Virus record (IMG/VR): IMGVR_UViG_3300022602_000037
From: a virus
Length of the DNA: 64,000 nucleotides
Reading direction: 5' to 3' (one strand)
The notes beneath the pieces were generated by a model that was not told the origin of the DNA, did no database searches, and saw only the letters and a program-made list of their open reading frames with translations. Positions within the stretch are counted from its first letter, which is position 1. Each line of letters begins with the position of its first letter. Below, in pieces: positions 1 to 9,902 of this stretch. The position numbers were made by a program, and so were the translations under genes.

Positions 1-56
1 CTTTACCCTTGATATGTAATCCGCTGGCTCGCTGGCTTAACATGAGAGAGAATCAT

Positions 57-341
57 ATGTTAGATAAATTATTTTTTAAGAAACCTAGTAACGTAGTTCC
101 ATTTCCTAAAGAGCCTGAACACGGTGGTGGAGATGGTGGCGGTTATATTCCAGAACCTAAAAAGCCTGCCGTAACATATTACACATTAGGAATGACTAGC
201 GAGAACAGACTAGAGTTCAAAATGGGGTATAGTGCTATCACTATGAACTATGGCGGTATTACTAATTTGATTGAGCAGTTAAAGACTTTTCAAAAACAAC
301 TTGCCGAATACGAAGGCATTGAGGAAGAAGAAAATGTTTGA
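57..341 (+). CDS. hypothetical phage protein
   Basis: ORF 9..341; ATG at 57 after a purine-rich stretch is the more likely start. No recognisable motif. Confidence 0.6.
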   Translation: MLDKLFFKKPSNVVPFPKEPEHGGGDGGGYIPEPKKPAVTYYTLGMTSENRLEFKMGYSAITMNYGGITNLIEQLKTFQKQLAEYEGIEEEENV

Positions 342-489
342 ATGGTTCCAACGTTGGCAATATGAAATTAATTTTTTCATCGCAGGCTGGTGTGCGTTAG
401 CCACTATTGATTGTTTTAGTCGAGGTGATTGGGTATGGGCACTACTCAATGCGTTTTTGGTTTGGTTTAACATTAGGATGGCAAGATGA
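334..489 (+). CDS. small membrane protein
   Basis: MFEWFQRW..., two hydrophobic stretches; overlaps both neighbours as in an operon. Confidence 0.6.
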   Translation: MFEWFQRWQYEINFFIAGWCALATIDCFSRGDWVWALLNAFLVWFNIRMAR

Positions 490-935
490 TTAAACAATTT
501 ATTAACATTGTAGAAGCAATGGAGGGCATCAATGATGCTTGGTTCAATCATGGCGGTTTTGAAACTTATAAAAAGCCAGCCAAAGAGAAATATGAAATCG
601 CTCATAGCGATGGCCAGATACAAACTTTAGAAGGTCCTGTAAATTATAAAAAAGGCTATTATATTCTTACAGGCCCCAAAGGTGAACAATATCCTATCCC
701 TCCACATAAGTTTCATGAACTCAAAGATGATCATGGACATGGCGTTTGTACTCCTAAAAAGATTATGAAAATTGCTAAACTTGCTGACCATGCCGGAAGC
801 GTTGACACCAGTTGGGGTGAGAAGTTACACTACAATCCTGGCGAAGATTATATTGTTCGTCACGGTCCTGGAGACTTTGGTGTAGTAAAGAAAGATATTT
901 TTGCTCAAACTTACGATATGTCAAATGCAGTATAA
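486..935 (+). CDS. PGDYG-like protein with two tandem repeats
   Basis: Repeated motifs KGYYILTGPKGEQYPI and GEDYIVRHGPGDFGVV..DIF..TY. Confidence 0.55.
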   Translation: MIKQFINIVEAMEGINDAWFNHGGFETYKKPAKEKYEIAHSDGQIQTLEGPVNYKKGYYILTGPKGEQYPIPPHKFHELKDDHGHGVCTPKKIMKIAKLADHAGSVDTSWGEKLHYNPGEDYIVRHGPGDFGVVKKDIFAQTYDMSNAV

Positions 936-1143
936 CGAAATTGAACTTATGGAAATGGCTCAAGACTATGAAGCCATGGAACGTCAAGCACTACAGGACA
1001 CAGAAGAATTACGACAACTTCGTAATGGTGAACGTATTATTGTTCCTGTAGATCTTGAACATGCTCGTACAATGTTCAAACTGGCTAGTTACTATCTTAG
1101 CCAACATGATAAAGAATTTAATTTAACAATGGAGATACAATGA
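925..1143 (+). CDS. hypothetical protein
   Basis: MQYNEIEL...; coupled to the next gene by an ATGA overlap. Confidence 0.6.
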   Translation: MQYNEIELMEMAQDYEAMERQALQDTEELRQLRNGERIIVPVDLEHARTMFKLASYYLSQHDKEFNLTMEIQ

Positions 1144-1511
1144 ATCCGTTTAGAGATCAAGAAAAGTTTATGAAGTCTTGCGATCAAACAACAGATGATT
1201 GGAATGTGGAACAATTCAATCTGTATGTTAATCTAATCGAAGAAGAATTTGGCGAACTTAAAGTCGCCATCAAAGATTGCGATCCAACAGAAATTGTAGA
1301 TGCACTTACTGACATATTAGTTGTTACTATCGGTGCCGCTCATAGTATGGGTTGTGATATAGAAGGTGCTTGGAAAGAAGTTATGAAAACTAACTTTGCC
1401 AAGATTGATAAAGAGACAGGCAAAGTTCGCAAACGTGAAGATGGCAAGGTCTTAAAACCAGTAGGATGGGTTCCGCCCGACCTAGCTCTATTTGTAAAGA
1501 AGAATGTATAA
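1140..1511 (+). CDS. MazG-like / all-alpha NTP pyrophosphohydrolase
   Basis: EEEFGEL...EIVDALTD acidic metal-binding pattern; C-terminal NFAK...REDGKVLKP. Confidence 0.8.
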   Translation: MNPFRDQEKFMKSCDQTTDDWNVEQFNLYVNLIEEEFGELKVAIKDCDPTEIVDALTDILVVTIGAAHSMGCDIEGAWKEVMKTNFAKIDKETGKVRKREDGKVLKPVGWVPPDLALFVKKNV

Positions 1512-1639
1512 GTTAAAATATTGGTTACTCAACTCGTTGCAAACAAAGATTTTTAATACACTGAGTGAAGCAATTAATTACTCGGTGTATAACACACCCT
1601 TTCAAAGTTTTCATTCATTAGATAAAATAGAGGAATAAG

Positions 1640-2230
1640 ATGCCAAATTTAGTGCCAATGGTTATTGAGCAGGAAGCTCGTGGAGAACGTAGTTATGACA
1701 TTTACAGTCGCTTGCTCAAGGACCGTATTGTTATGCTGGATACAGATGTAAACGAACATTCAGCTAGTTTGATTGTAGCACAGTTGTTATTTTTAGAAAG
1801 TCAGGGCAATGAAGACATTAACTTTTTTATCAATAGCCCGGGCGGAGTGGTTACAGCTGGTATGGCAATCCTAGACACCATGAATTTTATTAAACCAGAT
1901 GTATGTACTGTTGTTATGGGTCAGGCTTGCTCGATGGGGTCATTGTTAGCTCAAGCCGGTGCTCCTGGCAAGCGTAAAATGCTACCAAACGCTAGACACA
2001 TGATTCACCAACCAAGTGGCGGTGCCGGTGGACAAGCTACAGACATGGAAATCCAAGTAAAAGAGATCCTAAAAATGAAGCAAAATCTTACCCAGATTTA
2101 TGTAGACCATAATAGCAAGGGCAAAACTTTTGAAGAGTTTTACAATGCCATGGAACGGGATAACTTTATGAGTGCCCAAGAAGCATTAGATTTTGGCTTG
2201 GTTGACGAAATAGTTACCCGCAGAACTTAA
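1640..2230 (+). CDS. clpP: ATP-dependent Clp protease proteolytic subunit
   Basis: [21 protein letters not shown]; catalytic Ser in ACSMG, His in MIHQP, Asp in ERDNFM. Confidence 0.97.
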   Translation: MPNLVPMVIEQEARGERSYDIYSRLLKDRIVMLDTDVNEHSASLIVAQLLFLESQGNEDINFFINSPGGVVTAGMAILDTMNFIKPDVCTVVMGQACSMGSLLAQAGAPGKRKMLPNARHMIHQPSGGAGGQATDMEIQVKEILKMKQNLTQIYVDHNSKGKTFEEFYNAMERDNFMSAQEALDFGLVDEIVTRRT

Positions 2231-2275
2231 CAAAACGTCCGTAATATGCGTATATAATGGTAAGCCGTAGTACAC

Positions 2276-2283
2276 TATAAATA
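2276..2283 (+). promoter_or_regulatory. T4-type late promoter TATAAATA
   Basis: Exact T4 late consensus, followed by AGGAG and the ATG at 2304. Confidence 0.75.
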
Positions 2284-2303
2284 GCTATGTCTAGGAGTGT
2301 GCT

Positions 2304-3029
2304 ATGGCCCAACTACCATTCGATTGGTCAGAACTTACCCGCAGTAACCTGTACTCTATGTTCTATTCACTTAACGGTGAAATCGTAGGGAAAGAGTTAT
2401 CTCCAGGACAAATACAAAAGCGCATCAATAAGCATATTAAAGCTCACATGCCGCTTAAATTAAAAAAATGCCTGTACGGCCCTACTACGCCCGGTTATGT
2501 GTTTATGGGCGGTTGTTACTACAGTCATTTAGACAAGCAGAGCAAACCCAGTATAGAAGTTAATTTTAACTACAATCCTAAGGATTCAAAACTTAAATTA
2601 ACTGATTACCGTTTCAAACGTATGGCCACTAGATTTGCCGATGTTGTACTACACGAAATAGTACATATGAGACAATTCAGAGCCCGTAATTTTAAAAGTC
2701 TACCAGGCTATCAAAGCACGGCAGAATTAAGCAAAGAACGCAAACAACAAAACTATTATGGTGACACAGACGAAATGGGCGCACATTCGTTTAATGCCGC
2801 TTGTGAACTGTTAGACCGTTTTGGCTATGATCCAAACACTATTGGCAAATATTTAGATTCATTTGATTGCCGTAGACATAAAAATAGTACATGGTGCTAC
2901 TATTTGAAAACTTTCAACTGGAACCATAACCATCCAATCATACGCAGAATGAGAAATCTAATCATGCGTAATTTGGAAAATGCCTATGAAGGCAAACCAT
3001 TTAGAACTAACTACTACTTGACTTATTGA
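2304..3029 (+). CDS. putative zinc metallopeptidase-like protein
   Basis: VLHEIVHMRQ (HExxH) and a downstream DEMGAH. Confidence 0.6.
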   Translation: MAQLPFDWSELTRSNLYSMFYSLNGEIVGKELSPGQIQKRINKHIKAHMPLKLKKCLYGPTTPGYVFMGGCYYSHLDKQSKPSIEVNFNYNPKDSKLKLTDYRFKRMATRFADVVLHEIVHMRQFRARNFKSLPGYQSTAELSKERKQQNYYGDTDEMGAHSFNAACELLDRFGYDPNTIGKYLDSFDCRRHKNSTWCYYLKTFNWNHNHPIIRRMRNLIMRNLENAYEGKPFRTNYYLTY

Positions 3030-3046
3030 TAATTACTCTGTATAAT
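3018..3046 (+). promoter_or_regulatory. sigma70-type promoter
   Basis: TTGACT-17 bp-TATAAT upstream of the ligase gene. Confidence 0.8.
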
Positions 3047-3077
3047 ACACATTGTACAGTAAATTATTGGAGCTAAA

Positions 3078-4403
3078 ATGAGTCGTTGTGCTAGCCATAT
3101 TTGGGCATTAGAATCCCACCCAAGCCGTTTGAACAAAGAAGGTATTATTGAAGTCATTGCCCAAGATGGCGATGACGAATTCTTTGAAGGCTGTCGACTA
3201 GCACTAGATCCAATGATTACTTTTGGACTTAAACAAATACCGGAGAAGAATGATGAAGACGGCCCTGGTTTACCTTGGGATAGTTTTACTCTCGCTCTTA
3301 CTGGCTTTGTCACTCGCAATGTCACCGGTAATACAGCACGTGATATGATTCAGGCGATGATGAAAAGTGCCACTAAGGCAGAGTGGAATGGCTGGTATCG
3401 TAGAATTTTAATTAAAGACTTACGATGTGGTGTAAGCGAAAAGACTATTAATAAAGTAGTGGAGAAAAAATATGCTGATTACAGTATTCCTGTGTTTGGT
3501 TGCCAGCTTGCCCACGATAGTGCTAATCATGAAAATAAAGTCTCGGGCAAAAAACTTATTGAGGTTAAACTTGATGGGGTTCGTGTTATCACTATTGTTC
3601 GTGCAGATGGCCGTGTCGATATGTTTAGTCGTAACGGTAAGGAACTTGTTAACTTCCCTCACATAGCAGAACAGATTAGTTCAGTAATTAAACAAAAAGG
3701 TTCTAGCAAGAGCATGGACGTTGTATTGGATGGCGAAATTATGTCGTCTAGTTTCCAAGACTTAATGAAGCAGGTACACCGTAAGGACAATGTCAAAGCA
3801 GGTGATGCTGTACTACACTTGTTTGATGTATTACCTTTGGCGGACTTTGAAAAAGGCATCTACAACAAAGACCAAGAAACTCGTAGTGAGATGGTTAAGT
3901 TTTGGGTAGCAACAAATAAAGATCTATTGCCCAATGTAACAGCATTGGAAAATGAACTTGTTGATTTAGATACTGAAGAAGGCCAAAAGCGTTTCAAAGA
4001 AATCAACGCACAAGCCATTGCCGGTGGTTACGAAGGTATTATGATCAAAGACATTGATGCTCCGTACGAATGTAAACGTAGTGTGGCTTGGTTGAAGTTG
4101 AAACCATTTATCGAAGTTAGTCTTGCGGTAGTCGCAGTAGAAGAAGGCACTGGTAAGAACTTAGGCAAACTTGGTGCATTAGTGTGTGAAGGTGTTGATG
4201 ACGGTAAGGCTATTCGAGTAAATGTTGGTAGCGGACTTACAGATGAAGAACGTGTTACTTATTGGGACAATGCTGACACCCTTATTGGAGATATTGTTGA
4301 AGTACGTGCTGATGCTATTACACAAAATCAAGACGGAACATATAGTTTACGGTTTCCACGTTTCAAATCATTTAGAGGATTCCAAGCTGGTGAAAAAATT
4401 TAA
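3078..4403 (+). CDS. lig: ATP-dependent DNA ligase
   Basis: Motifs EVKLDGVR, VLDGEI, YEGIMIK, WLKLKP, SLRFPRF. Confidence 0.95.
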   Translation: MSRCASHIWALESHPSRLNKEGIIEVIAQDGDDEFFEGCRLALDPMITFGLKQIPEKNDEDGPGLPWDSFTLALTGFVTRNVTGNTARDMIQAMMKSATKAEWNGWYRRILIKDLRCGVSEKTINKVVEKKYADYSIPVFGCQLAHDSANHENKVSGKKLIEVKLDGVRVITIVRADGRVDMFSRNGKELVNFPHIAEQISSVIKQKGSSKSMDVVLDGEIMSSSFQDLMKQVHRKDNVKAGDAVLHLFDVLPLADFEKGIYNKDQETRSEMVKFWVATNKDLLPNVTALENELVDLDTEEGQKRFKEINAQAIAGGYEGIMIKDIDAPYECKRSVAWLKLKPFIEVSLAVVAVEEGTGKNLGKLGALVCEGVDDGKAIRVNVGSGLTDEERVTYWDNADTLIGDIVEVRADAITQNQDGTYSLRFPRFKSFRGFQAGEKI

Positions 4404-4662
4404 CTGGGATAAGTTTAGAAAGATATTTTGGTTCTTGGCAGCTATTATAGTAATATTTGCAGTATGGCCATTACAGGACACATTTAATCTAAGTGACGAT
4501 GTTCATACACGTAGGTTCTGTGCCTATGGGCAAGTATATGTAGAATTTCAACAAGGTAATAAAATTTGGGGGACTACATTCTTAGATGATAGAGGTAGAC
4601 CTGTCGGATGTACCGATGATGATAATAAAGAACAGACATCATTACACAAGGAAATAATATGA
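4390..4662 (+). CDS. hypothetical membrane-anchored protein
   Basis: GTG at 4390 is in frame with ORF 4222..4662; one TM segment IFWFLAAIIVIFAVW. Confidence 0.55.
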   Translation: MKKFNWDKFRKIFWFLAAIIVIFAVWPLQDTFNLSDDVHTRRFCAYGQVYVEFQQGNKIWGTTFLDDRGRPVGCTDDDNKEQTSLHKEII

Positions 4663-5489
4663 GAAGTAATTATTGGTCATGCTCAAAGTTTGCTGACTGG
4701 ATTCGCGGCACTACCAAGTTAAGTTCGGGCACAAGTGAAGAGTGGGATTCTTGGCGTACCACAGCCCAAATGAAGCACAACTTTCGTTACTGGCTAGCTG
4801 AAGAAGCGTTGGATGCTGTACAAAATTTTGTAAACTATCCTATGGACAAATTAAATGACATCAGATACTACATCAACAATCGTTGGGTTAGTAAGAGTCA
4901 CGCTCTTACTGCCGACCCTCGTGATATCCGCCCTGGCAGTTGGTGTGACGTTGGTAATCGGTTTCTCCCTTGTCTATTCAAAGAACTTGTGGACTTTGTT
5001 GAAATCGAACAAGCGTGGCATTACTGTATGTGGAATGAAGAGGAACGAGTAAAATACAATGTTCCTTGGTATCGTAGCGGATGGTTGCGTTGGCGTACCT
5101 GGCGTTGCCCAGAAGCCGGCTTGGCCTATTTGACATGGGCAAGCACTCTTACTAACGAAGAGTTTTTGGACGAAGGTGAAAAACATAAGGCAGAGCCAAC
5201 ATATCAAGCCACAGCCGCCAAAGAGATCATTGAGTTGTACACTTGGTGGACTACTACATATCGTAATCGTCCAGATCCATATGAAGCAAGTGGCTGGACT
5301 GCGGCCTGTGAAGCAAACCGTATTGCAAATGGTGGCCGTTTAAGTTTTGGTAATGAAAAAGATCCTGTGCTCAAAAAGGTCAGTGATAAGGCTCACAAGC
5401 TACTTCAAAAGATTGAAAAGGCTTACGAAGCAGAAGACGAGGCAATGATGATTCGCCTTATCAAGATTCGTCAAAGTCTTTGGACTTGA
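4659..5489 (+). CDS. hypothetical Trp-rich phage protein
   Basis: 276-aa ORF with RBS; codon usage like the other phage genes. Confidence 0.75.
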   Translation: MRSNYWSCSKFADWIRGTTKLSSGTSEEWDSWRTTAQMKHNFRYWLAEEALDAVQNFVNYPMDKLNDIRYYINNRWVSKSHALTADPRDIRPGSWCDVGNRFLPCLFKELVDFVEIEQAWHYCMWNEEERVKYNVPWYRSGWLRWRTWRCPEAGLAYLTWASTLTNEEFLDEGEKHKAEPTYQATAAKEIIELYTWWTTTYRNRPDPYEASGWTAACEANRIANGGRLSFGNEKDPVLKKVSDKAHKLLQKIEKAYEAEDEAMMIRLIKIRQSLWT

Positions 5490-6760
5490 TCAATAAGTAC
5501 ATGATGGATAATAAAGATACAATATGTGCAATCCCTTGGATGCACTTAAATTTTGAACCTAATGGCAAAGTGGTTCCTTGCTGTCTGACTAGTCATCATA
5601 ATGTATTTGCTGGAGATTTAACTACTCAGTCGATCGAAGAAATTTGGAATAGCGACAACATGAAACAACTCCGAAAGGATATGATTAATGGTGTTCGCCC
5701 AAAAATCTGTGATACCTGTTTTAATAAAGAAGACGTAACTGGTGTAAGTGGACGACACTATCACAATAGAGATTTCCCAGATGTCTTAAAAAAGATACCA
5801 GAAATAACATTAGAAGATGGTACTTGTACTGAGATGGATCTCAAATATTGGGATTTCCGTTTTAGTAATCTTTGCAATTATAAATGCCGTAGTTGCGGAC
5901 CACGTTACAGTAGTGCATGGGTTCCCGATGCTAAAAAATTAGGATTGACTGATCAAGAAAAAGTTTGGAACATTGAATCTGTTGAAGATAAAACTAATGT
6001 TGACTTCTTAGAAGATCAAATAGATAATGTTAAGAGGATCTATTTTGCCGGAGGAGAGCCATTGCTCATGCCCGAACATTGGCAAATATTAGACAAACTA
6101 GTAGAAAGAAAAAGATTCGATGTTAAATTAAGTTATAATACAAACTGCTCTACTCTAGAATATGGCAAAAAGAATGTCATCGACTATTGGAAGCAATGGG
6201 ATTTAGGCAAACTAGAAGTTTGGCCTAGCATTGACGAAATAGGTGAGCGTGCCGAACTGATCCGCAGTGGTACAGTATGGAGTAAAGTAGAAGCTAACTT
6301 AAAAGAACTGGCCAAATATGATAATATTATTTTGCGTCCTGGAATGACTATTGGTGCATGGAACGTTCGCAGACTTCCTGCTATGATTACATATCTAACA
6401 GACCTAGGAGTTATTAGACGTCATCCTGTTATACATAGATACATTAACTATAACAATTTCTTTATTAATCTACTCGATCATCCAAAACATTATCATGTTA
6501 GTATTTTACCAGATGACTATAGAAATGAAACAATTAAAGAATTAGAAGCATTTATTGAAGAATATAATGAAAAGTATTCTACCGATATTACCGAAATCTT
6601 TACGCACATTATACACGAGTTGAAACAACCGTTTAATCTCGAAGCCGCAAAACGTTTCATACATACATCTTCTAATGTTGATAGAATAAGAAATGAAAAT
6701 ATCTATGAAACAATTCCTGAAATGGAAATTGTAAGGGAAGCAGTAGATGGACAAACTTGA
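5480..6760 (+). CDS. radical SAM protein with N-terminal SPASM/twitch-like domain
   Basis: CNYKCRSC (CxxxCxxC), FAGGEP; N-terminal C..PW..NGKVVPCC..CDTC. Confidence 0.9.
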   Translation: MDLINKYMMDNKDTICAIPWMHLNFEPNGKVVPCCLTSHHNVFAGDLTTQSIEEIWNSDNMKQLRKDMINGVRPKICDTCFNKEDVTGVSGRHYHNRDFPDVLKKIPEITLEDGTCTEMDLKYWDFRFSNLCNYKCRSCGPRYSSAWVPDAKKLGLTDQEKVWNIESVEDKTNVDFLEDQIDNVKRIYFAGGEPLLMPEHWQILDKLVERKRFDVKLSYNTNCSTLEYGKKNVIDYWKQWDLGKLEVWPSIDEIGERAELIRSGTVWSKVEANLKELAKYDNIILRPGMTIGAWNVRRLPAMITYLTDLGVIRRHPVIHRYINYNNFFINLLDHPKHYHVSILPDDYRNETIKELEAFIEEYNEKYSTDITEIFTHIIHELKQPFNLEAAKRFIHTSSNVDRIRNENIYETIPEMEIVREAVDGQT

Positions 6761-8120
6761 TCAACTACGTAAAGAAATATTACATAGTAACACATTTTGT
6801 TTTTATCCCTATTTAGAAATTAGTACTCGTCCAAACGGCGTAGTATTACCTTGTTGCTATTGGACTGAAAATGATCATTTAGTTTTAGAAGAAAAGATTT
6901 CTCTAGAAAACCCTATTGATCATTTTTGGAATGGCAAAAAATTTATTTCCATTAGAAACGATCTCTATTCTGGTAAAAGCCTAAAAGGCTGTGATGTATG
7001 CACACGGGATAAAGAAGCTAGTATGCGAGTTAGAAGCATACGTGAACATATCAACAACAGAGAATATCTACAGCTAGTTCAAGACACTATCGATGCTAGC
7101 GGTGTTGCTCCGCATCTTCCTAAGAGATTAGAATTAAAACCTAGTAATTTATGTAACTTAAAATGCTTTATGTGCAATGCCTATGATTCAAGTCAGATTG
7201 AAAAAGAACTAAGAGATCTAGACCTAAAGTATGGGGGCATTAAATCAACTGGTGGCAGATTGAGAGAAGCTGGAGTAGGTGTGCCTGGCGTATGGGAAGG
7301 ACTTGTCAACGAATATACACTACCGCCTATGATCAATTTAGAATGGGCAGAGACTGGCGAATTTTGGAACGAGCTTACAAAGATCATACCCAATTTAGAT
7401 GTATTGAGCTTTGCTGGAGGCGAACCCACAGTCAATCCTATTGTACATAAAATTTTGCAATACTGCGTAGATCAAGGCTATGCTAAAAATATAAAAGTTT
7501 TTCTCAGCAGTAACTTTACCAATCTCAATAAGAAGTTTTTTGAATTGATGCCCGAATTCAAACAGTTTGAATTGATAGCCAGTATCGATGGCATTGGTGA
7601 AGTTCAAGAATATATTCGGTTTCCTAGTAAATGGGAAGTTATTAAAAAGAACTTCGAAATTGCTAGAAACTACATGAGTCATAAGAATATTAAGATTCTA
7701 GTGAATATAACTGTTAATATTCTAAATGTCTATTACATTACCGATTTATTAGAATATTTAGATAAACAGTTCTTCCAGTATCCCTACTATAACGAATGGC
7801 CTTACAATATTAATTTAATTAACTTTCCCGAGGAATTAAGAATCAATTGGATTCCAGAACAACTTAAATCAGAAGTAATTGAAAAAATTCAAGACTATCA
7901 AAAAAATGCCGAAACACTTAAATTTTTTCCAGACTTGAAAATCAAAACAGATTTGTTGATAAATGAACTATCTGCAGAAAGTAAATATTGGGATAGGATA
8001 CAGAATTTAGAAATTCTTAAACATACCATAACAGTTACAGATTCGCATAGAAATATTAGTTATAAAACTGCTATTCCTTTCTTGGATCGAATACTTACAA
8101 TAGGATTGAATAATGTCTAA
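6747..8120 (+). CDS. radical SAM protein with N-terminal SPASM/twitch-like domain (paralog)
   Basis: CNLKCFMC, FAGGEP, SIDG; N-terminal CFYP..NGVVLPCC..CDVC. Confidence 0.9.
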   Translation: MDKLDQLRKEILHSNTFCFYPYLEISTRPNGVVLPCCYWTENDHLVLEEKISLENPIDHFWNGKKFISIRNDLYSGKSLKGCDVCTRDKEASMRVRSIREHINNREYLQLVQDTIDASGVAPHLPKRLELKPSNLCNLKCFMCNAYDSSQIEKELRDLDLKYGGIKSTGGRLREAGVGVPGVWEGLVNEYTLPPMINLEWAETGEFWNELTKIIPNLDVLSFAGGEPTVNPIVHKILQYCVDQGYAKNIKVFLSSNFTNLNKKFFELMPEFKQFELIASIDGIGEVQEYIRFPSKWEVIKKNFEIARNYMSHKNIKILVNITVNILNVYYITDLLEYLDKQFFQYPYYNEWPYNINLINFPEELRINWIPEQLKSEVIEKIQDYQKNAETLKFFPDLKIKTDLLINELSAESKYWDRIQNLEILKHTITVTDSHRNISYKTAIPFLDRILTIGLNNV

Positions 8121-9099
8121 CCCAGTACTTTATAACGGCAAAAAGATTGTAGCAATTAAAAACCTTTCTAACACCTTGTTGCTAACTTGGGTTATTAACA
8201 ATATATGTACCAATCACTGTAGCTATTGTCCTAGCAATCTGCACACAGGAACTAATCACCACTATGAATGGGATCAGGCCAAAAAGTTCTTACAAGATTG
8301 TTTTAGCAAATATGGCCGTATACAATGTAATCTTTCCGGCGGCGAACCTACAGTAAGTCCTTTTTTCAAAGAATTAGTTAATTTAATTTACGATAACGGC
8401 GGAGTAACCAATCTTACAACAAATCTTGTTAGGAAAAAAGAATATTGGGCAGACATAGCAGACAAGTTATGTAGTATTGCTGTCAGTTACCATCCTGAGT
8501 TTATGGAGACAAAAGCCAAAGAAGATGAACTCATAGACAAGATATTGTATCTTAACGATTTAACAAGAGTAACTGCTCGAGTAATGATGCATCCAGACTA
8601 CTGGGATCAATGCTATAGTTTTTATAAAAGATTAGAAGCACTGAACACAGGCTTCTGCATGGAAATGGTACGTATATTGCCTAACTTTGGAGTGGGCGAA
8701 CCTTATTGTATAATTGACTATACGGAAGAACAGAATGATATATTGAACAACACACCCCCTGTGTTAAAATTTCACAACAATCTTCCACCTAGTTTTAGAC
8801 ACAACATGACCAAGTCTAATTTTGTCCATGACGATGGTAGTGAACAACATTTAGATTTCGGTGTTGCATCCACTTTGGAAAATAATAAACTAACAAATTT
8901 TCAAGGCTGGAGTTGTGATATAGGTCTAGAGAGCTTGTTTGTACACTATAATGGAAATGTACAGAAAGGTAACTGTTTTGAAGGCGGGTTTATTGGTAAT
9001 ATTACAACTGGTATCAATTGGCCTACAGAACCACAAATATGCGGCAAGGACATCTGCCATTGTATTGCTGATGTATTAATTTCAAAAAAAATGTCATGA
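8113..9099 (+). CDS. radical SAM protein with C-terminal Cys-rich domain
   Basis: CTNHCSYC, LSGGEP; C-terminal WSC..GNC..IC..ICHC. Confidence 0.88.
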   Translation: MSNPVLYNGKKIVAIKNLSNTLLLTWVINNICTNHCSYCPSNLHTGTNHHYEWDQAKKFLQDCFSKYGRIQCNLSGGEPTVSPFFKELVNLIYDNGGVTNLTTNLVRKKEYWADIADKLCSIAVSYHPEFMETKAKEDELIDKILYLNDLTRVTARVMMHPDYWDQCYSFYKRLEALNTGFCMEMVRILPNFGVGEPYCIIDYTEEQNDILNNTPPVLKFHNNLPPSFRHNMTKSNFVHDDGSEQHLDFGVASTLENNKLTNFQGWSCDIGLESLFVHYNGNVQKGNCFEGGFIGNITTGINWPTEPQICGKDICHCIADVLISKKMS

Positions 9100-9839
9100 A
9101 AAAAGTTTTGTATGTAAATGGATGTAGTCATAGTTGCGGTGCAGAGATAAGCTATCCAGGTAGCCATAGAACCCCCGAAGATCTAGCCGGATCATGGGGA
9201 GGGCAATTGGCCGACCGTTTTGGTCTTGTACATTACAATGATGCGATATCGGGTCAGGACAATCAGGCCATCGTGTCTACTACAATACATTCTATACTTA
9301 AATTATTAGATCAATATAAGCCAGAAGAAATTTTAATTGTAATCGGATGGACTGGATTGGAAAGAGATCACTATATTTACGAAAACACAAGATACAGATT
9401 TGTCCCTGGTTGCCAAAAATTACCATTTTTTAATAATTGGCCTGAACAAGTTAAAAATACATTTCATAATTGGGTGATGGGCGTAGATTTGAAAAATGGC
9501 ACTCATAATAAATTTGCTTTAATATATTTTTCATTGGTTAACTTTTTGAAACAATATGGAATTGATTACTATTGTTTTAATGCGTTACATGCAATTCAAT
9601 ATCCCGAACAAAATTTACTTCATGAATTAGATCATAATCGTCCTACAATAAAAATATTTGACCAGATCAAAAATGATATTAATTATTTTGAACCGCTAAC
9701 CTGGGAATATACATATTTCGAATACATGAAGGCTCGATATGATCCGCATATAGATGGTCGTAACTTTCATTTTGTCAAGTCCGCCCAAACTGATTGGGCA
9801 AATATTCTAGCATCCAAAATAGCTAGCAAAATTAGTTAA
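9096..9839 (+). CDS. SGNH/GDSL-fold hydrolase-like protein
   Basis: N-terminal LYVNGCSHSCG block; NDAISGQDN; C-terminal His in NFHF. Confidence 0.6.
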   Translation: MKKVLYVNGCSHSCGAEISYPGSHRTPEDLAGSWGGQLADRFGLVHYNDAISGQDNQAIVSTTIHSILKLLDQYKPEEILIVIGWTGLERDHYIYENTRYRFVPGCQKLPFFNNWPEQVKNTFHNWVMGVDLKNGTHNKFALIYFSLVNFLKQYGIDYYCFNALHAIQYPEQNLLHELDHNRPTIKIFDQIKNDINYFEPLTWEYTYFEYMKARYDPHIDGRNFHFVKSAQTDWANILASKIASKIS

Positions 9840-9848
9840 AAATACCCG

Positions 9849-9877
9849 TTGACAACTATATATTTTGGCATTATAAT
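9849..9877 (+). promoter_or_regulatory. sigma70 consensus promoter
   Basis: Perfect TTGACA-17 bp-TATAAT. Confidence 0.9.
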
Positions 9878-9902
9878 ATATACATGTTAAACAAAACAGG
9901 AG

